A stretch of DNA of 20,000 nucleotides, from the IMG/VR virus record IMGVR_UViG_3300046463_000793; one strand, given 5' to 3'. Shown here in pieces: positions 7,735-14,553 of this stretch. This DNA is from an uncultured virus (IMG/VR IMGVR_UViG_3300046463_000793) (lineage: Duplodnaviria > Heunggongvirae > Uroviricota > Caudoviricetes). The notes under the pieces are model-generated. The model did no database searches, was not told the DNA's origin, and saw only the letters and a program-made list of their open reading frames with translations. Every line of letters begins with the position of its first letter. The stretch's first letter is position 1. The translations under genes were made by a program, and so were the position numbers.

Positions 7735-7964
7735 CACACCTCCTCCGCGTCGCCGGCCGCGAGCTCGATCATCTCGTTGCTGATCGCGTCGGCCAGCATG
7801 CTGTGGTGCCCGGCCTTGCAGGCGTAGCCAACTTCCGCCCACAGCCGGGCGGCGAGGTGGTGCTGGGTGGCGGCGGTTGACAGCCGCTCGTCGATGTAGG
7901 CGCTGCTCGCCGCGGCGGAGACCGCCAAAGCGAGATTCAACAGATCAGTGCGAGAGAAGGTCAT
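7734..7964 (-). CDS. Hypothetical protein (76 aa, MTFSRTDLL...), first gene of the leftward operon
   Basis: GGAG RBS; immediately downstream of a predicted promoter. Confidence 0.7.
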   Translation of the reverse strand: MTFSRTDLLNLALAVSAAASSAYIDERLSTAATQHHLAARLWAEVGYACKAGHHSMLADAISNEMIELAAGDAEEV

Positions 7965-7992
7965 CGAGGGACTCCAAAATGTGTGCACCCTC

Positions 7993-8021
7993 CTTGTGAC
8001 CGTTTTTGCCCCAGATGTCAA
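7993..8021 (-). promoter_or_regulatory. sigma70-like promoter for the leftward operon (TTGACA-N17-CACAAG)
   Basis: Perfect -35 TTGACA at 8021-8016 with 17-nt spacer, in the 74-bp gap between divergent genes; the -10 is weak. Confidence 0.55.
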
Positions 8022-8038
8022 CAAAAGGGGTCATCCCG

Positions 8039-8527
8039 ATGTCGAACCAATACGCCGCGTTGATGCGGGAGGGCGGCAAGCTGCCGCCGGAGGCCAAGGG
8101 CCCGGACGGACGGCTCGAGCCGTTCGTGCCGAGCGATAAGGAGCGCGAGCAGGTGCGGATCCTGGCCAGCAACGGGGTCGCCCACCAGACCATCAGCAAG
8201 GTGCTCGACATCGCCAACCACACCCTGACGAAGCACTTCCACCAGGAGCTGGAAGACGGCCGCGACATGGTCACCGCCAAGATGGGCTTCGCCCTGGTGA
8301 CCGAGGGCTTCGCCGGCAACGTGGCGGCGATCAAATACTGGCTGCTGACCCGCGGCGGGCCGGAGTGGAAGCTGACCGCGGCCGACATGCGCGGGCTCGA
8401 TCCGTTCGCCGAAGCGCGCGAAACCGTTCATTTCTTCATGCCATCGAACGGCCGCGACAAGCCGGAGGCGATCGAACCCGAGCCCGGGCCGCCGACCATC
8501 GACGGCAAGGCGGAGGAGGCGGCGTGA
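8039..8527 (+). CDS. terS: Terminase small subunit (HTH type)
   Basis: HTH (LASNGVAHQTISKVLDIANHTLTKHFHQEL) and GNVAAIKYWL..R...W motif; located upstream of TerL. Confidence 0.8.
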   Translation: MSNQYAALMREGGKLPPEAKGPDGRLEPFVPSDKEREQVRILASNGVAHQTISKVLDIANHTLTKHFHQELEDGRDMVTAKMGFALVTEGFAGNVAAIKYWLLTRGGPEWKLTAADMRGLDPFAEARETVHFFMPSNGRDKPEAIEPEPGPPTIDGKAEEAA

Positions 8528-8745
8528 TCCTGCATGAGTCGACGTTTGAATATTTGAAACCGACCGACGAACAGCTGATGCAGATGGCGGATCTGCGTCA
8601 CGTGTTCCGCGAGTTCGCGCTCTATGTCGAGGGTCACCTCCAGCCCGGCGCCGATCGTGACCACGTGCTGCGCACGCTGCGCACTGCGGCGATGTGGGCG
8701 AACGTTGCCATCACCCGCGAAGCGGACGGCACGCCCCGCACATGA
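8524..8745 (+). CDS. Acb2/Tad1-like helical-hairpin protein (putative cyclic-nucleotide sponge), 73 aa
   Basis: FEYLKPTDEQ...LR..F..FA..V...L.PGADRDHVLRTLRTAAMWANVAITR resembles the F.Y..P...Q...RE...A..KL..A.MWAN.AI.R pattern. GTGA and ATGA overlaps with terS and terL; GGAGG RBS. Confidence 0.65.
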   Translation: MILHESTFEYLKPTDEQLMQMADLRHVFREFALYVEGHLQPGADRDHVLRTLRTAAMWANVAITREADGTPRT

Positions 8746-10130
8746 GTGCCAGCGCCGCATTTGACGCCGCGGTTAAGATCATGCCGCAGGAGGGCCCGCA
8801 GCAGACCTTCCTGGGCTGCGACGCGGACATCGCGATCTTTGGTGGCTCCGCCGGCTCCGGCAAAAGCTGGTCGTTGCTGCTCGAGGCGATGCGCTACCCG
8901 TCCAAGGTGCAGGGTTTCGATACCGTGATGTTTCGCCGCACCACGGTGGATCTGCGCCGGCCGGGCGGCCTCTGGTCAGAGACCATGAAGCTGTTTCCGC
9001 ACGCCAACGGTATTCCGGTCAACCATCGTCTCGAATGGGTGTGGCCCGGCCGCGGCAGCGTCAAACTGTCGCATCTCGAATACGACCAGACCGTGCTCGA
9101 CTGGCATGGCTCGCAGATTGGTTGCATCTGTTTCGATGAGCTGACCACGTTCACGCAATACCAGTTTATGTATCTGATGTCGCGCAACCGCTCGACCACA
9201 GGTATACGTCCGTATATACGCGCGTCCTGCAACGCCGACGCCGGCTCATGGGTCGCCAAGCTGATCCAGTGGTGGTGGGATCCGGACAGCGGCTATCCGA
9301 TCATGGAGCGCAGTGGTGTCGTGCGCTACTTTGTGCGCGGCGCCGACGACGCGCTGAAATGGTATGACAGCAAGCGCGCGGCAATACGCGACAATCCGGA
9401 CCACACCGCCGACACCATTAAAAGCCTGACCTTCATCGCGGCACGGCTGGCCGACAACCCGGCGCTCGAGCGTAACGATCCCAATTACCGCGGCAACCTG
9501 ATGATGCTGCCACAGGTCGAGCGCGAGCGGCTGCTCAACGGCAACTGGCGGATCCAGCCGTCGGCCGGGCTGTATTTCAATCGCAGCTGGGTCAAGGTGA
9601 TCGACATCAAGCCGGCGCTGATCCAGAGCGCGCGCGGCTGGGATCTGGCGGCGACGCCGGAGACGCCCGGTGGTGATACCGATCCGGACTGGACGGTCGG
9701 CGTCAAAATGGGTCGCACCCTGCAGGGTATGTATGTCGTGCTGCACGTGGCGTTCGCCCGCGGCACCCCGGCCGAGGTGGAGCGCATGGTGCTCAACACC
9801 TCCACCCAGGACGGCTACGGCTGCAAGGTCAACATCCCGCAGGATCCCGGGCAGGCCGGCAAGCATCAGGTCGCCGGCTTCGTGCGCATGCTGGCCGGCT
9901 TCCCGATCGAATACTCGCCGGAGACCGGCGACAAAATCACACGGTTCTCCCCGTTCTCGGCACAGGCCGAGGCCGGCAACGTGTTGGTGCTGCGCGGCGA
10001 TTGGAATGAGAGGTGGTTCCAGATGCTCGAGGGCTTCCCGCAGCTGCCGCACGACGATGACGTCGACGCCACCGCGCGCGCCTTCCAGTCGATCGCGCAG
10101 ACCAACCTCAACGTCTGGGCCAATCTGTGA
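8742..10130 (+). CDS. terL: Terminase large subunit (462 aa)
   Basis: Adenine-binding PQEGPQ, Walker A GGSAGSGKS, Walker B ICFDELT, nuclease RGWDLA...HDDDVDA. Confidence 0.97.
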   Translation: MSASAAFDAAVKIMPQEGPQQTFLGCDADIAIFGGSAGSGKSWSLLLEAMRYPSKVQGFDTVMFRRTTVDLRRPGGLWSETMKLFPHANGIPVNHRLEWVWPGRGSVKLSHLEYDQTVLDWHGSQIGCICFDELTTFTQYQFMYLMSRNRSTTGIRPYIRASCNADAGSWVAKLIQWWWDPDSGYPIMERSGVVRYFVRGADDALKWYDSKRAAIRDNPDHTADTIKSLTFIAARLADNPALERNDPNYRGNLMMLPQVERERLLNGNWRIQPSAGLYFNRSWVKVIDIKPALIQSARGWDLAATPETPGGDTDPDWTVGVKMGRTLQGMYVVLHVAFARGTPAEVERMVLNTSTQDGYGCKVNIPQDPGQAGKHQVAGFVRMLAGFPIEYSPETGDKITRFSPFSAQAEAGNVLVLRGDWNERWFQMLEGFPQLPHDDDVDATARAFQSIAQTNLNVWANL

Positions 10131-11719
10131 GCGACTCACCGCCGACGATGAGCGAAGCGACCAAGCCGCGTGTTTCGGTGCGCGCCGGCACCGGCCTGAC
10201 CACCGACGGCACCAGCTGGGCCGGCGCGCTCAATGACTCGGTGGAGAACTTCGCCGCCCGGGTCGGGTTCGGCATGCCGAACCTGTTGTCCAACACCAGC
10301 TACAACTACCAGCCGCTGACCCGGCTGCGGCAGAAATTAGAATGGATGTATCGCGGCTCGTGGCTGGTCGGCGCCGCGGTCGATGTGGTTGCGGATGATA
10401 TGACCCGCGCCGGCGTGACGATGAATTCCGACACGCCGCCCGACCAGATCGAAAAGATCAATACCGCAATCAACGAGCTGTCGATGTGGCAGTCGATCAA
10501 CGAGACCATCAAATGGTCGCGGCTCTACGGCGGCTCGTTGATGGTGATGATGATCGACGGCCAGGACACCGCGACGCCGCTCGAGCTCGACACCATCGCG
10601 CCGGATTCCCTGCAGGGGTTCCTGGTGCTGGATCGCTGGATGGTGCAGCCATCCTACGCCCGCCTGATCCGCGCCTGGGGGCCGGATTACGGTAAGCCGG
10701 AATACTACGATCTGGTGGTGCAGAACCCTTACTTGCCGCAGTTGCGGCTGCACCATTCGCGGGTGGTGCGGATGGACGGCATCGAGCTGCCGTTCAACCA
10801 GAAGATCACCGAGAACCTCTGGGGCATGTCGGTGCTGGAGCGGCTGAACGATCGGCTGGTGGCATTCGACAGTGGCACCATGGGCGCGGCGCAGCTGCTC
10901 TACAAAGCGTATCTACGAACGTATAAGGTCAAGGACTACCGCAACCTCGTCGCGTTCAATTCCGAGCTGACTGAGAAGTTCCATAAACTTATGGATCTGA
11001 TGCGGGCCTATCAGTCCAACGAGGGACTGACGGTGATCGACGCGGAGGATGAATTCGAAACGCATGCGTATGCGTTCGCCGGCATTCCCGAGACGCTGAT
11101 GATTCTCGGGCAGCAATTGTCGGGTGCGCTCGGCATTCCGTTGACCCGGCTGTTCGGTCAGGCTCCGGCGGGGATGAACTCGACCGGCGAGTCCGACATG
11201 CGCAACTACTACGACATGATCAAAGCGGCGCAGCAGGCGCGGCTGCGGCGACCGCTGACCAAGCTGTTCAACATCATCTGGCGCAGCAAGCTGGGCAACG
11301 AGCCGCCGGACACGTTCGATTTTAGTTTCAATTCGCTCTACCAGCTCAACGAGATGGAAAAGGCCGAGGTCGCACAACGTGACACCGACACCATCAACAT
11401 GGCGCACCAGGGCGGCATCATCACCACCCAGATCGCGCTGAAGGAGCTGAAGCAGAGCAGCATCCAGACCGGGCGCTTCACGAACATCACCGAGGAGGAT
11501 ATCGAGGCCTCCGAGGAAGCCCCGCCACCCTGGGAGCAGCCGGACCCGAACGATCCCAACGCGATGGGCGCCGGGATGCCGGGGCAGCCCGGTATGCCGG
11601 GAGCCGGTGGTAAACCGCCGGGCGGCGCGCCACCGGGTGGTGGCGGTATCGGCGTCGGCGCCAAGCTGCCGCATCCGGCGGCCGTGGCGCCGTCCAGCAA
11701 CGAGAGTGTGGAGAAGTGA
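10127..11719 (+). CDS. Portal protein, DUF1073 / HI1409 type, with Pro/Gly-rich C-terminal tail
   Basis: MYRGSWL...VDVVADDMTR, WSRLYGG, HHSRV, WGMSVL, IPLTRLFGQAPAGMNSTGESDMRNYYD; directly after TerL. Confidence 0.93.
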   Translation: MSDSPPTMSEATKPRVSVRAGTGLTTDGTSWAGALNDSVENFAARVGFGMPNLLSNTSYNYQPLTRLRQKLEWMYRGSWLVGAAVDVVADDMTRAGVTMNSDTPPDQIEKINTAINELSMWQSINETIKWSRLYGGSLMVMMIDGQDTATPLELDTIAPDSLQGFLVLDRWMVQPSYARLIRAWGPDYGKPEYYDLVVQNPYLPQLRLHHSRVVRMDGIELPFNQKITENLWGMSVLERLNDRLVAFDSGTMGAAQLLYKAYLRTYKVKDYRNLVAFNSELTEKFHKLMDLMRAYQSNEGLTVIDAEDEFETHAYAFAGIPETLMILGQQLSGALGIPLTRLFGQAPAGMNSTGESDMRNYYDMIKAAQQARLRRPLTKLFNIIWRSKLGNEPPDTFDFSFNSLYQLNEMEKAEVAQRDTDTINMAHQGGIITTQIALKELKQSSIQTGRFTNITEEDIEASEEAPPPWEQPDPNDPNAMGAGMPGQPGMPGAGGKPPGGAPPGGGGIGVGAKLPHPAAVAPSSNESVEK

Positions 11720-12195
11720 CCATGAGCGCAGTGCCATCGACCACCGGATCCACCCTGATCACCTGTGTCTACAACGACGAGGTGTATGGCGAGCCGGGGA
11801 TGTTGTGGGTGATCCTGCACGACAACCCGGTGTTGGCATGGCTGATCGATGATGCCGGGGCGGCGGGGCCGGCGCCGGTGATCCTCGGCACCATGGGGGG
11901 TGCGGGCCCGAGCACTGATCCGATCCTGTCGCCACCCTGGGGGGTGCGCGAGGGCAACATGATCTTCATCCCCGACATGGCGCGCGGCAGCGCCAACGAT
12001 TTTTTCAACTTCATCGCCTTCAACAACGGCGCGCGGCGGGCGCTGTATGCCAAATTCGCCGACACCAACCTGACCATCGAATTCAACCAGTGGTGCAGCG
12101 CCAACCCGGCGCTGGCGCTGAAGGAGCCCCCCAACGTGGCGCCGGAACCGCCGCCGGTGACGTTCGTCCGCTCCAGCCAGACCGAGAGCGTGTGA
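11716..12195 (+). CDS. Hypothetical protein (about 159 aa)
   Basis: GTGA overlap with the portal stop (alternative ATG at 11722); strong codon bias. Confidence 0.8.
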   Translation: MTMSAVPSTTGSTLITCVYNDEVYGEPGMLWVILHDNPVLAWLIDDAGAAGPAPVILGTMGGAGPSTDPILSPPWGVREGNMIFIPDMARGSANDFFNFIAFNNGARRALYAKFADTNLTIEFNQWCSANPALALKEPPNVAPEPPPVTFVRSSQTESV

Positions 12196-12452
12196 TGCTG
12201 ACTCGCCCCCTGGAGCCGGATCTGACCACGGTGCTGGCGTCGCCGGAGATGGCGGAGCTACGGGCTTACTGCGAAGCCGAGGGCATCGACCCCTGGGGGG
12301 CGTTGGCCCACCTCGCGGTCACGGCGCAGGAGATGAAAGCGCTGCTCGATGCCGGGGAGATCGAAGAGGTGATGCGGCGCGACGCTGCGTATCCCGACCA
12401 GCAGCTGCTGGATCACTTCAAGGACGCGCTGAGCAAACATGCTGGCCACTGA
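12195..12452 (+). CDS. Hypothetical protein (85 aa, MLTRPLEPDL...)
   Basis: TGATG overlap; coding-like codon usage. Confidence 0.7.
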   Translation: MLTRPLEPDLTTVLASPEMAELRAYCEAEGIDPWGALAHLAVTAQEMKALLDAGEIEEVMRRDAAYPDQQLLDHFKDALSKHAGH

Positions 12453-13272
12453 CGAGGCGGAGACCCAGAGCGAACGCCGGCAGCGCCAGCGCGCCGAGGA
12501 GGACGCCCGCGCCGATGCGGCGTTCCGCCGGGCGCACAACGCGCAGCGCAGCTACGGCGCGGCGTTGCGCGGCTACGCCAAGCAGATCGCCCACATCGTC
12601 CGCTACCACGCCGAGGGCGACCCCCTGGTGGTGCCGCCGGAGAAGCTGCCGCACCTCGTCGAGGCGCTGCGGCGCTACCGCCTCGGCACGCTGCCGTGGG
12701 CGCGCGCCACCGGCTGGCGGATGCTGCTCGAGGTCAACCAGCGCAATCTGACGGCATGGCGCAAACACGCCGCGGCGATGTCGGCGGCGTTGCGTGCGGA
12801 GCTGGCCAGCGCGCCGATCGGCGAGGCGCTGGAGCGGCTGCTGGCACTGCAGGTGGGCCTTATCACCAGCCTGCCGACCGACGCCGCGGAGCGCGTCCAG
12901 GAGGCCAGCACGGCGGCCTTGCTGAGCTCCGCGCGCTACGCCGAGCGGACGCCGGAGGTGGAGGCGGCGTTGGAGCGCGCCCACCCAAACGCCACCGAGG
13001 CATGGCTGCGGAACAGAGCGACGCTGATCGCCAGAACCGAAACAGCTCGTTCTGCAAGCGTGCTGGTGCAGGCGCGCGCCGAGCATATCGGCGCCGAGAG
13101 CTACACCTGGAAGACGGCATCTGACTGGAAGGTCAGGCCGTCGCATCGAAAACTTAACAACACAGTCCAACGGTGGGATAATCCACCCTTGTCTGATCCT
13201 CCCGATTACCACGCACATCCAGGTCAGATTTTTAATTGCAGGTGCGTATCGTTACCAATCCTTCCTGAATGA
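12439..13272 (+). CDS. Minor head morphogenesis protein, MuF / SPP1 gp7 family
   Basis: RATLIARTETAR...YTWKTASDWKVRPSH...HPGQIFNCRCVSLP signature. Confidence 0.93.
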   Translation: MLATDEAETQSERRQRQRAEEDARADAAFRRAHNAQRSYGAALRGYAKQIAHIVRYHAEGDPLVVPPEKLPHLVEALRRYRLGTLPWARATGWRMLLEVNQRNLTAWRKHAAAMSAALRAELASAPIGEALERLLALQVGLITSLPTDAAERVQEASTAALLSSARYAERTPEVEAALERAHPNATEAWLRNRATLIARTETARSASVLVQARAEHIGAESYTWKTASDWKVRPSHRKLNNTVQRWDNPPLSDPPDYHAHPGQIFNCRCVSLPILPE

Positions 13273-13779
13273 GCCGTGCAGGCGTTCTGCTGCCTCGCGT
13301 CGGGCTGCGGCTGCCTCCTCTAGAGTTGAGAACATGCCGAGATAATGCACGACGCCGTTGTGCGTGATCTTGGCGCGAAAACGCCCATGTAGACACAGCA
13401 CACCTTTAACCCCGCTTTTATTCGCACTGTATAGACGCGAATATTCAGCATTCTCTACTTTGGTTGCGACGCGTAAATTGCGGATCCAATTGTGCTGTCG
13501 GTTTGTGTCTTCGTGATCGATCAGATTAGGGACCGGTTCACCGTGGACGTATAGCCAAGCAAGGCGGTGCGCTCGATACCTCGTGTTCAATATGCTGATG
13601 CTGATATAGCCGTTGGTGTCGATCCGACCGGCTATCTCACCGGCAAATTTGGCGTTCCAGCCATCAGCAGTTGTGCCGGTCTTCGCGCGCTTGCGCCACC
13701 TGAACACACCCGTCACCGGGTCATAGTCCAGCAGCTGGTGCACCAGCTCGCGCGGCGGTAGTGGTTTGATAGCCATCAC
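13252..13779 (-). CDS. HNH homing endonuclease with C-terminal AP2 DNA-binding domain
   Basis: LLDYDPVTGVFRW; YRAHRLAWLYVHG; IDHEDTNRQHNWIRNLR..T..EN; NKSGVKGV...FRAKI...YLGMF.T.EEAAAAR..A...LHG.F. Lower GC than flanks. Confidence 0.93.
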   Translation of the reverse strand: MMAIKPLPPRELVHQLLDYDPVTGVFRWRKRAKTGTTADGWNAKFAGEIAGRIDTNGYISISILNTRYRAHRLAWLYVHGEPVPNLIDHEDTNRQHNWIRNLRVATKVENAEYSRLYSANKSGVKGVLCLHGRFRAKITHNGVVHYLGMFSTLEEAAAARREAAERLHGSFRKDW

Positions 13780-13804
13780 GAGGTCCTCTCCTCGTTGTTG
13801 GTCA

Positions 13805-13839
13805 GGGTGGCTCGGCGCGGTTCAGGCGCCGGGTTGCCC
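13805..13839 (+). other. 14-bp RNA hairpin between the HNH gene and the next head gene
   Basis: GGGTGGCTCGGCGC-GGTTCAG-GCGCCGGGTTGCCC pairs fully on the plus strand using 4 G-U pairs; no U tail. Confidence 0.45.
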
Positions 13840-13869
13840 GCACTCTATACCCAAAAGGGAGAAACAGTC

Positions 13870-14313
13870 ATGGCAACACTTGAAGTCGCCCAGCCGTTCA
13901 GCGTGCGGCTCGATCCGATCCCGATGGACGCCGAGGTGCTTCCAGGCGCACGCGGTCCGACCGATCCGACCGTCTATCAGTTCCCGACGCCGGGCACCTA
14001 TTCGGACGTGCCGGACGAGGTCGCCCAACACGCCTACACACAGCCCAATCTGGTGGGCTACGAGGCGCCACCGTTCAGCCTGCAGCCGGCGGACACCGTG
14101 GTGATGCAGCCGGACCCGGAGCCGCCACCCACCGGTGACGAGGCGCTGGACGCGCTGTCGACCGACCAGCGCGAAGAGATCGTGCAGCAGCGCCGCACCG
14201 GCCAGCGTCGCCCCGAGTATGGCGCGCGGTCAGACCGGCAGCAGCGCGCCGACCAGACCGCCGAGCACGCCCGCGCGGCCGAAGAGCAGCAGCGGCCAAC
14301 CCGCGAGGCATAG
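13870..14313 (+). CDS. Phage head-module protein, possibly STY1053-like (147 aa)
   Basis: GGGAG RBS; L.V.QPF.V.LD...F..PG....VPDEVA.H.YT pattern; disordered Arg/Gln-rich tail. Confidence 0.7.
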   Translation: MATLEVAQPFSVRLDPIPMDAEVLPGARGPTDPTVYQFPTPGTYSDVPDEVAQHAYTQPNLVGYEAPPFSLQPADTVVMQPDPEPPPTGDEALDALSTDQREEIVQQRRTGQRRPEYGARSDRQQRADQTAEHARAAEEQQRPTREA

Positions 14314-14316
14314 GCC

Positions 14317-14553
14317 ATGCCGCTGACCGCCAAAGGCTCCAAAGTCATGGCAAACATGAAGGAGCAATATGGCGAAGAAAAGGGCGAAGAGGTCTTCTAT
14401 GCCTCCAAGAATAAAGGCACCATTAAGGGTGTCGACAATACACCATCGATGGAAAACCCCCGCGACCACACGTGGCCGGTGGCGCTGCCGGGCGATACGA
14501 TCCTGCAGATCGACGTCTATCGTTCCGGCCGCGTGAAGATCACGAGACGGTAA
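14317..14553 (+). CDS. Conserved small phage protein (MPLTAKG...YG..KGE.VFYASKN.G.I.GVD motif), 78 aa
   Basis: Motif recalled from uncharacterised phage head-region proteins; TAATG overlap with the next gene. Confidence 0.8.
   Translation: MPLTAKGSKVMANMKEQYGEEKGEEVFYASKNKGTIKGVDNTPSMENPRDHTWPVALPGDTILQIDVYRSGRVKITRR

Noticed and set aside
10127..11719. Calling the portal an anti-CBASS Acb1 protein (some databases label DUF1073 this way)
   Set aside because: No 2H-phosphoesterase HxT motif pair is evident; the C-terminus is only a Pro/Gly tail. Synteny indicates a portal.
14472..14552. Upstream GTG start for the giant ORF, or a frameshift fusion with the 78-aa gene
   Set aside because: The TAATG coupling at 14553 gives a normal DUF2213 N-terminus, and no slippery sequence is seen.
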